A stretch of DNA of 64,000 nucleotides from an uncultured delta proteobacterium (GTDB lineage: Bacteria > Desulfobacterota > Syntrophorhabdia > Syntrophorhabdales > WCHB1-27): positions 256,001 to 320,000 of the forward strand of contig CAWEPK010000010.1 in NCBI GenBank assembly GCA_963810935.1, read 5' to 3'. The notes beneath the pieces were generated by a model. That model made no database searches, was not told the origin of the DNA, and saw only the letters and a list, made by a program, of their open reading frames with translations. Position 1 is the first letter of the stretch, and each line of letters starts with the position of its first letter. A program made the position numbers and the translations under genes. Shown here one piece after another: positions 1 through 9,855 of this stretch.

Positions 1-97
1 GGATATGGCTGAAGTGCCATATCCGCGTGCCTCCCCCGATCTCGGCCCCCTCATCCACGAAGCTCGTCTCGTGACGATAATACCCTGTTTTGCTCAT
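1..97 (-). CDS. N-terminus of a hexapeptide-repeat sugar N-acetyltransferase (WbpD/WlbB-like), truncated by the window edge
   Basis: Manual translation from ATG at 97 gives MSKTGYYRHETSFVDEGAEIGGGTRIWHFSHI, typical of a left-handed beta-helix acyltransferase start. It follows a nucleotide-sugar dehydrogenase gene. Confidence 0.75.
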   Translation of the reverse strand, partial: MSKTGYYRHETSFVDEGAEIGGGTRIWHFSHI

Positions 98-1763
98 ATG
101 TCCCAGGCCCTCCGGCAGAGACGCGCTCCTGCGCGTGCCACTTTCTCACCCCGTCCTTTATCCTCTGTATGTGTCCCCTTCCCAACCCCTTCACCTCGCA
201 GCCAAGCTCGAAGTACCGTTTTATCCTGCTGTCCGGCAGGATGCCGAAGCAATCGATAACTGCGAACGGATGGCCGGCCGAGGCCACTATGGTATCAGGG
301 TCGAGGTCGAGGTAAGACTCGTGGCGCACGGCAAGGACCAGTGCGTCGATACCGTTAAGGGCACAGTTAAGGTCTTTCTGCACCTTCAGGTCTTTAAGCT
401 TTTTCTGATTGCGGAAGAAGACCGCTTTGCTCGCCGACGGGTAGTCCTCCTGGTTCTCGAACTCCCACCACCTGTCCACATATGGGTCATGGACCCTGAT
501 TTCCGCGCCCATCTCCGATAAGCGCCTGACGAGCACTTCCGAGCCGGAATACCGCGTATCTCCCACGTCTTCCCTGTAGGAGGCGCCCAGGATGAGGACT
601 TCCGCGCTCGCGATCGGCACGTTCATATTGCGCAGGGCGTCGCGCACAAGCTGGGCGGCATGGAGGGAGCGGGTATCGTTTATGTCTATCGCAAGGGGGG
701 TGATGCGGAACGTGTCGTCCTCGAACCCCAGGATGTGCCTGTTCGCCCATACGCCCAGGCCTCCGTCTTTCGGCAGGCAATAACCCCCTATGCCCGGGCC
801 GGGGAAGATCATGTTGCTGTGGGTGGGACGCATCTTTATCGCCTTGATCACCTTTACGATATCGACCCCGTTCCTCTCGGAAAAAAGGCTCCATTCATCG
901 AGGAAAGCAAGGATGGTTGCCCTGTAGCTGTTCTCGACGACCTTGGCCGTCTCCGATTCGATGGGCCTGTCTAAGACGGTCAGGGGGAATTTCTTCGTGT
1001 TGATAACCTCGTTGAGGAACTTCACTACACGCTCTTTCGCCTCTTCGCTCACGCCCGAGCAGACGCGCCAAAAGTCACGGATGGAGGCAACATACTCTCT
1101 GCCGGGCATAACACGCTCGTAGCTGTGGGCAAGCAGCGGGTCGGACGTAATACCCCTCTGACGGAATATCTTCCTCATCGCGGGCAGGGCGACCTGCTCG
1201 GTCGTGCCGGGCGCGACCGTCGTCTCGATCAGCACCAGGCAGTCGGGCCTGATGCGCTGGGCTATGATGTCGAACGATTCTTCGAGGGCGCTCATCTCTA
1301 CGTCCCCGGTCCGCACGTTGCCCAGGTCTTTCTTTGCGTAGTCGAGCTGGACGTCCACCACGACCACGTCCGCCAGCTTCAGGACGTCGTAAACGTAGGT
1401 GGCGACCAGGGTCCTCTTCTCGAGGACACAGCGCCTTATCATCGGGTCGACTTCGGGGTCTTCCGCTTTCACAGGCGAGATCCCCTGGTTGAGCAGGGGT
1501 ATCTTCCAATAGCTCCTTGCGCTCGGCCTCTGCATGCCGATTGCGAGCTTGGCGGGTGCGCCTTCGGAATCCGTAGTGTCTGCTATGATTGCGGCCATGA
1601 CCGCGCCCACGAAGCCGACGCCCATGACTACTACGATCTCCCGGCCCTTCACCCTTGCCTCACTGACGAGGACTTCCATACGGGCGAGCTCGGCGCGGTG
1701 GTCGGCTGCATCCGGCATAGGGTAGACAGTACCATCGGGGCTGACCGATACGAGGTTGTCCAC
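51..1763 (-). CDS. UDP-glucose/GDP-mannose dehydrogenase family nucleotide-sugar dehydrogenase
   Basis: GVGFVG Rossmann motif, ETTVAPGTT, catalytic GGYCLPKD, and YREDVGDTR. AAGGAGG RBS before the GTG start. Confidence 0.92.
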   Translation of the reverse strand: MDNLVSVSPDGTVYPMPDAADHRAELARMEVLVSEARVKGREIVVVMGVGFVGAVMAAIIADTTDSEGAPAKLAIGMQRPSARSYWKIPLLNQGISPVKAEDPEVDPMIRRCVLEKRTLVATYVYDVLKLADVVVVDVQLDYAKKDLGNVRTGDVEMSALEESFDIIAQRIRPDCLVLIETTVAPGTTEQVALPAMRKIFRQRGITSDPLLAHSYERVMPGREYVASIRDFWRVCSGVSEEAKERVVKFLNEVINTKKFPLTVLDRPIESETAKVVENSYRATILAFLDEWSLFSERNGVDIVKVIKAIKMRPTHSNMIFPGPGIGGYCLPKDGGLGVWANRHILGFEDDTFRITPLAIDINDTRSLHAAQLVRDALRNMNVPIASAEVLILGASYREDVGDTRYSGSEVLVRRLSEMGAEIRVHDPYVDRWWEFENQEDYPSASKAVFFRNQKKLKDLKVQKDLNCALNGIDALVLAVRHESYLDLDPDTIVASAGHPFAVIDCFGILPDSRIKRYFELGCEVKGLGRGHIQRIKDGVRKWHAQERVSAGGPGTYEQNRVLSSRDELRG

Positions 1764-1928
1764 GATCGTCCTCCTTGCGAAAGCGATATTTGGTTGTTCG
1801 CTTGCTTCTTTTCTAAGTTATCCGTAGTTTTCCGTACAGGATGCAGCAGAATCGCTACATAAATAACGTTACTCCAAAGAGGCTGACGAAGCAAGAAAAA
1901 AATATTGTGGGCTGATTTGCCTTCCCGG

Positions 1929-3450
1929 CTACTCGGCGTTTTCCGCCGAAACGACGATCCTCTTTTTTCCCGTAAGCTTTATCGGGGAATGGCGTTTGAG
2001 GTATTCCACAAAGCCGTCGCGCATGTCGGTCGCGCGAACGCGGTTGCTGCCTTTCCGGAAACCAACGAGTCCGTCGCCTCCCTCGGCCAGGAAGTCGTTA
2101 GTCGCTACCCTGTAGGTCTTCGATTTATCCACGGGCAGGCCGCCGACAGACATGCGCGTCACTTTCCTCCGGCCGTCGGCGCTGACCGCATACGCTACTT
2201 CCAATCCCGATACCTGCAGAAACCCCCGCCGCCCGGCCGCTGCCTTCTCGAATATGTCTATAAGCGCCTGACCCGTAAGGTCCATGCAGACAATGTCGTC
2301 GTCGAAGGGAAGGGTCATGTAGATGCGCTCCATGGTGATTTTGCCCGCCGGGATGTCGGTCCTGATCCCGCCGCTGTTCTGGATGGCTACCTGCGCGGCG
2401 GTCGATTCCCTCATGGAGTCGGCTATAACGCTGCCGAGGTTCGATTCTCCGTATGGCTGCCTGGTCAGGTCGACGGGCGTCTCGCCCACAACCTCGTTCA
2501 GCATGGGCCTCAGCTTCGACTCGTACCGCCCGATGAGCCGCGCCGTTTCTTCGTCGGCTGCGTCGTTCGGCCCGGACCAGACGGTCTTCAGACTCACCAT
2601 ACTCCGTTGCCGATTTCAGCTTTCCCGTCTTTTCGTCGACAACCATCTCCAGAGCGCCCAGGTAAAGCCCGCGGGCGCCGGCCTGTACAATGATGGTCCG
2701 TTCCGTCTGCACAGGGTCGGCAAGCGCCGTGTGGCTGTGGCCTCCTACTATGACGTCGATGCCGGGGACCGACGAGCCGAGCCGCATATCTTCGGCAAAG
2801 CCCAGGTGGCTCAAGAGAATGACCAGTGTCGCCCCTTTTCCCCTCACCTCGGCTATGAGACCGGGCAGCAACTTTTCAGGGGACCTCTGCTTTAACCCCG
2901 CCACGTGCTCCCTTTTGACCGCTGTTGCGACATCAGGTGTAGTCAGCCCGATCACGGCTATCTTTATGCCTTTCCTTTCCAGGATTACGTACGGCTTGAC
3001 ACCGGGCAGGGCATTGCCCTCCCTGTCGACGATGTTGGCAGACAGGAACGGGAAGCGGGCACCCTCCGTCAGCGTCCTGAGCGTTGCCGGCCCCCAGTCA
3101 AATTCATGGTTGCCGAGCGTCATGGCATCGAAACGGAGGTCGTTCATCAGGTCGAGCACGGGGCGTCCCAAAAAAAGGTCGGACACGGGTGCTCCGTGAA
3201 ACATATCACCGGCGGCTAGCAGGATTACGCTATCCGGACGGGCTGCCCTCCGTGCCTTTATCATGGCAGCGAGGTTTGCCGCGCCGCCGACCGGTCTGGC
3301 CGGGTCAAGGGCCCTCTCTATCCTGGGCGAGACATAGCCGTGCAGGTCGTTGACGTGGAGCAGGATAAGCTTTTCCGCGGCCGCTGCGCAAAGCGCCATG
3401 GCGTGGAAAGCGGCGCAGGCGAGAAGGGCGACAAGAAAACATTTACGCAA
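1929..3450 (-). CDS. Secreted 5'-nucleotidase/UDP-sugar hydrolase (metallophosphoesterase plus C-terminal domain), one apparent frameshift near 2592
   Basis: NDLHG, AGD, LGNHEFD and GGHSH motifs in ORF 2125..3558. ESNLG, NSGGIR, LPF and ATNDFLAEGGDG in ORF 1929..2600. The signal-peptide start TTG at 3450 overlaps the MFS stop codon. Confidence 0.85.
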
Positions 3451-4741
3451 AAGGCACGCCCTGATCCACGCTATCGGCAGGCATCCGGCGGCGCACCTTC
3501 CTCGGCGCCGAGGCCCAGGCGAACGGACAGGAAGCGGCGCAGGCCGCGACTCCGACAAGCAGGGCTATGCGATAGCTGCCGGTAGAATCGAATATGACGC
3601 CTCCCAGCCAGGGCCCGACGGCGCACCCGGCCCCTATCGTCGCCTCGACGACGCCGTAAATGAAGCCGAATGATTTACCCTGAAAAAGGTCCGCCGCAGT
3701 AGCCATGAACATGGGTGCGTTTACGCCCCATCCTGCACCGAAGAGGGCCATAAAGAAATAAGCCGGCGCCCGGCCGTGCCCGGTTTCGACAAGGAGCAGA
3801 AGGATAAGGGAGGCTGCAAGGAGCGTAACGCCCAGCGTGAAGGTAAGTTCCCGTCCTATCCTGTCCGAAAGCCATCCCCAGAATATCTGGGAGATGGATG
3901 TCGTAACGCCCATTATGGCGACCATAAAGGCCACGTCCATCCTGCTGAAACCGCTGTCGGCGAGCAGCTTGGGCCCGTGGATGATGACCAGGTACACGGG
4001 TAATACGACCAGGAAGGCAAAGATCAGCAGGGACCAGAACCTTCCCTCCTTCGCCGCGCTCGCCAGCGTCCAGCCGGTCTCCGCCCAGGCGCGGTCCACT
4101 ATCTCGACACTCCGCTTCTTTCCCGCGAAGTCGTCGGTCCCGTCAACCTTGAGCCCCATCTCCTGTGGATTGCGCCTCATAAGCGCGACTGTCAGGGGGA
4201 AGAGGAGGGCGAAGACGCATACGGCAAGCACCGTAAAGGCCGTCCGCCAGCCGGCGGCCCCGATAACGTATTGCGTCAGAGGCGCGAATGCGAATGTGCC
4301 GAACCCCATGCCGGAGACGGCGATGCCGCTCGCCAGGCCGCGCTTTTTCTGGAACCAATGGGAGAGAACTGCCGAGTAAGGGCTGATGCTTATAAAGGTC
4401 ACCCCAAAGGCCGCTATGACCCCGTAAAAAAGGTAGAGCTGGCCAAGCGAATGCACGTGGGCGGACAGCGCAAGACCCGCGCAGAGCACAATGATGCCCG
4501 GAGGGATGACACGCCTCGGACCGAATTTGTCGATCAGTATGCCGACAAGAGGGGCCGAGCAGGTATAGACAACGAAGGAGACGGATTGCACCCCCGCTAC
4601 TGCGGCCCGGCTCCAGTGAAACTCATCGAGGAGCGCCATGAGGAACAGCGCAAAAGTGGTCCGCATCGCGAGCCAGGTGCCCAGCGAGAGAAAAGCGACC
4701 GCGACTATCGTCCAGCCGTAATAGAAGCGTTTATATCCCAA
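3443..4741 (-). CDS. MFS transporter
   Basis: About 12 hydrophobic segments; motif A-like GILIDKFGPRR and GWLSDRIGR; WFQKKRGLASG. Confidence 0.92.
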   Translation of the reverse strand: MGYKRFYYGWTIVAVAFLSLGTWLAMRTTFALFLMALLDEFHWSRAAVAGVQSVSFVVYTCSAPLVGILIDKFGPRRVIPPGIIVLCAGLALSAHVHSLGQLYLFYGVIAAFGVTFISISPYSAVLSHWFQKKRGLASGIAVSGMGFGTFAFAPLTQYVIGAAGWRTAFTVLAVCVFALLFPLTVALMRRNPQEMGLKVDGTDDFAGKKRSVEIVDRAWAETGWTLASAAKEGRFWSLLIFAFLVVLPVYLVIIHGPKLLADSGFSRMDVAFMVAIMGVTTSISQIFWGWLSDRIGRELTFTLGVTLLAASLILLLLVETGHGRAPAYFFMALFGAGWGVNAPMFMATAADLFQGKSFGFIYGVVEATIGAGCAVGPWLGGVIFDSTGSYRIALLVGVAACAASCPFAWASAPRKVRRRMPADSVDQGVPFA

Positions 4742-4871
4742 GGGTCGATTCCAACCGGGATTATTATACCTTAATTGGACGAACCGGGGCGATTTTCCAC
4801 GGCACCCGCGTGAAAGGCCGCCTGCCGATGATTAGATTAAGCGAAAAGACGGACTTACAGAAGGGGGCCAA

Positions 4872-6509
4872 ATGCAGGCGACCGTAGGCGCATACCTTAT
4901 CCGCCGCCTTGGGCAAATAGGCATCGGCCACGTTTTCGGGGTGGCTGGCGACTACGTGCTTAAGTTCCTCGACCTGATCGAAGAAAGCGATATAAAGCTG
5001 ATCAACACGTGCAACGAGCTGAATGCCGGCTATGCGGCGGACGGCTATGCCCGCGTTGCCGGAGCGGGGGCAGTCTGCGTCACTTACGGTGTAGGGGGTT
5101 TCAGCGCATACAACGCAGTAGCCGGCGCCTTTGCCGAGCGCGTGCCGCTGGTTGTGGTAAGCGGCGGCCCGAGGACGAGTCTCCGGGGCAGGCTCCATCC
5201 GTACCTGCTCCATCACACCCTCGGTGAGATGAACCTGCAGCGGGATATCTTTGAAAAGATCACCCAGTATTCAGCGGTGCTCGCGAGTCCGACCCATGCC
5301 GCCTGGCAAATCGACGAGGCCCTGGCCGCCTGTCTCAGGTATTCCCGTCCGGTTTACCTGGAGATACCTGCGGACATGGTGACTGAACGGTGCCAGCAGC
5401 CGGGTGAATGGAAGCCGGACACGTCCCTTCACGTCGATCCTGAGGTCGTCGACGAGGCCATAGAAGAGACGCTCGACCGCATATCGCGCGCATCGCGGCC
5501 TGCTATACTGGCCGGGGTCGAGGCGGACCGGCTGGGCGCGCGGGATGCCCTGCTTGGCGTCATTGGCCGCTCCGGTTTCCCTGTAGCCACGACGGGCCTC
5601 GGCAAGGGTGTCCTCCCGGAGAGCACCAGGGGCTACGCGGGCACGTACATCGGCGCCCTGGCAAACGAAACTGCGCGCAAAACAATCGAAGAGGCAGACC
5701 TCCTGCTCTGCCTGGGCGCCTGGATGACGGACCTCGACCTGGGCGGCTATACCGCCCACCTCGACGAGAACCGCATGATAATCGCCAACTCGGAGAGAGT
5801 AAAGGTACGCCACCACGTTTACGAGCACGTCCCCATCAAGGACTTCCTCGAAAGCCTGGTAAAGCGCCTTCCCGCCGCGGGTATGGGCGGTGAATGCGGG
5901 GAGCTTCCGGAAGCGGTCTCCGGCAGGCCCTATGTCGCCTCACCCGGCGCGAGGCTGACCACGGACCGCTTCTGGGCCAGGATGGATTACTTTCTCGACG
6001 ACAGCCACATAGTGGTGAGCGATACCGGGAGCTGCACGTTCGAGAGCGTCAAGCTCCGCCTGCCCGGGAAGGCGGACTACATTGGCCAGTCATTCTATGC
6101 ATCCATGGGTTATGGTCTCCCCGCCGCCCTGGGCGCTAAGCTCGCCGCGCCGTCGCGCAGGCCCGTTGTTTTCGTGGGCGACGGCGCCTTCCAGATGACC
6201 GGACAGGAGCTATCGACCGTCATCAGGCATAAGCAAAACCCGGTCGTCTTTCTCCTGAACAACGACGGCTACCAGGTAGAGCGTGCAATCTACGACAACG
6301 CCTACAACGACATCAGCATGTGGGATTACACGCAGCTAGCCGAGGCGTTCGGAGGCGCACCGGGGGTTAAGGTTTCTACGGAGGGAGACTTGGAGGCGTT
6401 CCTGGCGAAGGCCGCCGATAACCGGGACGCACTCATGTTCGCAGAGGTGCGCTTCGATCGGTCGGACTTCAGCGCGACATTGAGGCGGATAGGCGAAAAA
6501 CTGAGGTGA
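4872..6509 (+). CDS. TPP-dependent alpha-keto acid decarboxylase (indolepyruvate/pyruvate decarboxylase family)
   Basis: FGVAGDY, CNELNAGYAADGYAR, LLHHTLG, and the TPP motif GDGAFQMT...NNDGY. Confidence 0.92.
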   Translation: MQATVGAYLIRRLGQIGIGHVFGVAGDYVLKFLDLIEESDIKLINTCNELNAGYAADGYARVAGAGAVCVTYGVGGFSAYNAVAGAFAERVPLVVVSGGPRTSLRGRLHPYLLHHTLGEMNLQRDIFEKITQYSAVLASPTHAAWQIDEALAACLRYSRPVYLEIPADMVTERCQQPGEWKPDTSLHVDPEVVDEAIEETLDRISRASRPAILAGVEADRLGARDALLGVIGRSGFPVATTGLGKGVLPESTRGYAGTYIGALANETARKTIEEADLLLCLGAWMTDLDLGGYTAHLDENRMIIANSERVKVRHHVYEHVPIKDFLESLVKRLPAAGMGGECGELPEAVSGRPYVASPGARLTTDRFWARMDYFLDDSHIVVSDTGSCTFESVKLRLPGKADYIGQSFYASMGYGLPAALGAKLAAPSRRPVVFVGDGAFQMTGQELSTVIRHKQNPVVFLLNNDGYQVERAIYDNAYNDISMWDYTQLAEAFGGAPGVKVSTEGDLEAFLAKAADNRDALMFAEVRFDRSDFSATLRRIGEKLR

Positions 6510-6523
6510 AAACAATATAAAAC

Positions 6524-6561
6524 AAAAAGGGACCGGCCCCACGGGTTACTGGCCCCTTTTT
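6524..6561. terminator. Probable bidirectional intrinsic terminator
   Basis: AAAAAGGGACCGG...CTGGCCCCTTTTT imperfect hairpin with A/T tracts on both sides, between convergent genes. Confidence 0.6.
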
Positions 6562-6583
6562 GTCCTTATTTTTTACGTCACGT

Positions 6584-8023
6584 TTATCCCGTACGCCTCC
6601 ACCCCATCTCGTCGATCTGGTCCTTGTCGATCTCGAGCTGTATCTCCCTTGCGATGCGCTGCACTGCGTTCATCGGCACGTAGACGTCCCTGGCAAGGCG
6701 GCGGGCCAAAAGAAAGTCGTTATACCCGATATCCTTGACCTGGCCGATCCTCCGGCCGTTGCGGTCCGCTACCTCCATGCCCTGGAGTATCGTCGAGCCG
6801 ACCATGGCGACCATCTTCCTGTCCCTGAAAGCGACAATGGGATGCTCTCCGCGAAGCTCCAGGCGGAAGTCTTTGCCTCTCTCGTCGATATGCTTCTGGA
6901 TGATATTCTGGCTGGGCACGAAGGCGTCGTTGACCGTCTGCTGGTACCAATGGTAGCGCGTGTCGCCGGGCAGGCTGCTGACTGCCACGAAATCAGGTCC
7001 GCTCGCCGTGAGGTCCACCTGCGAGGCGAGTATCTGCCTAACGTAATCTATGTTCGATTTGAGGACTAACGGTTCCGGCAGGCCGGCAGGGCACAACTCT
7101 TCGGCCTGCCTGTTCTCGTACTTCTGGAAAAGCTCGGCAACGATGTGCAGGTGCTCGATCTCCATGGCCAGCGCCGTCTCCCAGACGCTCCTGATCCTCG
7201 GGTCGACCTCCTGTTCCATGAGGGAGTGGTAGAGCCAGCACTCATTATATTCGTGAAGGACGGCCATTTCGAACCAGGATGCCCTCGGGTCCATCAGCGA
7301 TTCGTACTGTGTGACGTGCTGTTCCTCGATCATCCCGATCTCGGCATAGAGCCCCCGCGCCGTCGCGTCCATGGCCCTGTTGCCGACGTTCATGTAGAAG
7401 TTCATCGTCTGCTGCTCTGCGGCTGTAAGCGTGAGAATGCACAGCATGTCGAGGGGCGGGCAGTTCTTCATGTCGAGGGGGTTACGGACGTCATCGAAGG
7501 GGAACCTGTGCTCTGCGACCGTCGGCCGCCCGACGGTAATCTCCGTCTGCCCTCTCACGATGTCGCCGGCGTCTTTCCCCTGGAACAGGTCGAGGAGGTT
7601 CGCATACCGGTAGAGGTGGTCGAAATCTTCGAGCAGGCCGAAATCGAACACCTGCTTGGCGTAGCGGTCCGAGAGCTTGCGGGCCAGGTCCGCCGTGAGA
7701 TCGACGGCAAGCTGCTCGTACCCGATGGTGTTCTCGACAACCGACTCGTCGGGAGGGATAAGCCAGTTGATCATTTTCTGTTGCTGCTGCTCTACTCTGC
7801 GCGTCATCGCTATCTGCTTCTTCAGCTCCGCATCGTGCGTCATTCGTGCCCATTCGTGCTTGAAGAAGGCCGCCTCCATCTCGGTCCCGTTCATGAGGAT
7901 GACGCGGCACCGCGTGTACGGATCGACGGTGTTTTTGTCGTAAGGCTCGATGTCGAGCTTCGACCAGCTCTGGAACTGCCGGTCGATGGGGATTCCCTTT
8001 TCCTTGAAGGGGTTAAAGGCCAT
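6584..8023 (-). CDS. Tandem ferritin-like (di-metal four-helix bundle) protein with a C-terminal PRC-barrel/DUF2171-like domain
   Basis: Repeated E..H helices (EDFDH, EEQH, EIEH). The C-terminal GMEVADRNGRRIGQVKD...YVPMNAV segment resembles a PRC barrel. AAGGAGG RBS. Confidence 0.7.
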   Translation of the reverse strand: MAFNPFKEKGIPIDRQFQSWSKLDIEPYDKNTVDPYTRCRVILMNGTEMEAAFFKHEWARMTHDAELKKQIAMTRRVEQQQQKMINWLIPPDESVVENTIGYEQLAVDLTADLARKLSDRYAKQVFDFGLLEDFDHLYRYANLLDLFQGKDAGDIVRGQTEITVGRPTVAEHRFPFDDVRNPLDMKNCPPLDMLCILTLTAAEQQTMNFYMNVGNRAMDATARGLYAEIGMIEEQHVTQYESLMDPRASWFEMAVLHEYNECWLYHSLMEQEVDPRIRSVWETALAMEIEHLHIVAELFQKYENRQAEELCPAGLPEPLVLKSNIDYVRQILASQVDLTASGPDFVAVSSLPGDTRYHWYQQTVNDAFVPSQNIIQKHIDERGKDFRLELRGEHPIVAFRDRKMVAMVGSTILQGMEVADRNGRRIGQVKDIGYNDFLLARRLARDVYVPMNAVQRIAREIQLEIDKDQIDEMGWRRTG

Positions 8024-8138
8024 GATTATTACCTCCTTGCAATTGCTTATCGGAACATCGGCAGGCGCTTATTGCGCATACTATTGCAAATATAGGTATC
8101 CTACTCAAAGGGTCAACCTCAGCGGGGCTTATGGGAAA

Positions 8139-8693
8139 TTATGTTTCCGACCGCAGCTTTGCGAACAGGTGGAAAAGGTCGGCCATCTGGTAGCTCGCGT
8201 TGATACCGCTGGGATTAGGCAGCACCCACAATATGGAGTCCCCTATCTTTTCTGCCTGCCTGCCATGCATTGCACGGGGCCGGTCGAATGCCTTCCTGTA
8301 CGCGTCGATGCCAAGCACGGCAACGGCCCCCGGCCGGAAAGCAAGTGCATTTCTTTCTAGCCGCCTTACGCCCTTTTGCAGGGCGGCCGCCATCAGCTCG
8401 CTTGCCTGCGCCGTAGCCATGTTGACGATGTTGGTGATGCCGTAGCCAAAGTCGAGGAGCTGCCTCTCCTCGTAAGGGGTCAGCAGCCTGTCGGTGAAAC
8501 CGGCGGCGAAGAGGACCGGCCAGAACCTGTTGCCCGGACGGGCGAAATGGTGGCCGACTGCGCCTGAGTAAAGGCCCGGGTTGATCCCGCAGAAGAGGAC
8601 GCGCAGCCCGGGCGCTATCAGGTCGGGCACGCCCCTGCCCTTTGCTGCGAGAAGCTCTTCTCTCGTGGGACGGCGGTGGACTGGCGCAATCAT
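8139..8693 (-). CDS. mug: G/U mismatch-specific DNA glycosylase
   Basis: GINPG, HHFARPGNRFW and LPNPSG motifs. Confidence 0.92.
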   Translation of the reverse strand: MIAPVHRRPTREELLAAKGRGVPDLIAPGLRVLFCGINPGLYSGAVGHHFARPGNRFWPVLFAAGFTDRLLTPYEERQLLDFGYGITNIVNMATAQASELMAAALQKGVRRLERNALAFRPGAVAVLGIDAYRKAFDRPRAMHGRQAEKIGDSILWVLPNPSGINASYQMADLFHLFAKLRSET

Positions 8694-8776
8694 TCCATAT
8701 GAAGTATAGGAAGCCCGGCCGGGCGGCGCAATCGCTTTGGAGCGGACAAGCTTACCGCCCCTTCAGGCAAATTGCT

Positions 8777-8805
8777 TGACACATTCGCGGCATTGCCTCA
8801 GATTA
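8777..8805 (+). promoter_or_regulatory. sigma70-type promoter
   Basis: TTGACA-N17-CAGATT upstream of the methyltransferase RBS. Confidence 0.45.
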
Positions 8806-8858
8806 TCGCATGCCGTTTGAGGCGGCATGTGCCCGAAGAAGAGAGTCAGGAGGGAAAA

Positions 8859-9464
8859 TTGAAGAACGAGATTGCAGAGCTTAACAGCCTCTGGACGCCC
8901 ATACGCCCGTACCTCGCGCGGCAGATCGGGGAGCTTTACGGCCGCACGGACGGCAGCGTCGTCGAGATAGGCCCTTTCTCCGGCCTGGCGTTCGAGCTAG
9001 CCGCGGCGGGCATCGGCGAATCATTCTGCATGGCGGTTTTCCCGCATGAGATAATCGGGCCGTTGCGTGAAGAGGCAGCAACCCAGGGGGCGGGCGGCAG
9101 GGTGCGAATTGTGGAAAGCGACCCGCAGCTTTCCGTTCTGCCGGACGGCGCCTTCGACCTCGCGGTTTTCAGGGGGGCCTTCTTTTTTCCATCGTTCTTC
9201 AAGCCCGACCTTCGGGCAATTTACAGGCTGCTGAAAGAAAAAGGCATGGCGTTCATAGGCGGCGGTTTCGGCCGGTACACGCCGCAGGAGGTCATTGACG
9301 GCATCAAGGACCGCTCGAAAGAGTTGAACCTCTCCCTGGGCCGCGTCCATTTTTCCGAAGAGGACCTGCGGACAGCCGTCCGCTCGTCATCGCTCTCGGA
9401 AAAGGCGGCCTTCATAACCGAAGGCGGCCTTTGGATAGTCCTGCGCAAAGGAAAGGAAGCGTAA
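8859..9464 (+). CDS. Class I SAM-dependent methyltransferase
   Basis: VVEIGPFSG motif I variant, FDLAVFRGAFFF, IYRLLK. TTG start at 8859 after AGGAGG (the ORF track starts at 8772). Confidence 0.75.
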   Translation: MKNEIAELNSLWTPIRPYLARQIGELYGRTDGSVVEIGPFSGLAFELAAAGIGESFCMAVFPHEIIGPLREEAATQGAGGRVRIVESDPQLSVLPDGAFDLAVFRGAFFFPSFFKPDLRAIYRLLKEKGMAFIGGGFGRYTPQEVIDGIKDRSKELNLSLGRVHFSEEDLRTAVRSSSLSEKAAFITEGGLWIVLRKGKEA

Positions 9465-9484
9465 CGAAACAGAGGCTTCGCTAT

Positions 9485-9609
9485 GGAAAGAATCCGGCCC
9501 ACGCCAATCTTGGGGAAAGATCGTGGGCCGGATGATATAGGCTCCCGGAAAAAAGGGGGGATCGGGGGGGTCCTAAGAACCGGGAAGCCGCTATTGCTAT
9601 CGTAACTGT
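9485..9609 (-). ncRNA. Candidate sigma54-dependent small RNA with C-rich loops
   Basis: Two GC-rich hairpins with C-tract loops immediately downstream of a -24/-12 motif; no convincing ORF. Confidence 0.5.
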
Positions 9610-9619
9610 CTTAAATAAA

Positions 9620-9636
9620 TGCAATATGCGGGCCAA
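9620..9636 (-). promoter_or_regulatory. sigma54 (-24/-12) promoter
   Basis: Minus strand reads TTGGCCCGCATATTGCA, i.e. GG-N10-GC matching TGGCAC-N5-TTGC. Confidence 0.65.
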
Positions 9637-9855
9637 AAACCGGGGCTGGATTAAGAAAAAAAGCGGAAGTGTGGAAATGCAGCTAATTATTAGACTTATC
9701 GGACCACTGCCATGGCCGGTCGTTAATGATCCGCCCTGCGGGCGAAAAAGAATATACCAGATACCCTCAATACCTCAATATATCACGGTCTGCGACTGGG
9801 AAATATGCCAGAACGACTAAGGTGCATCGACAATAATTACGGATAACGGAAAGGT

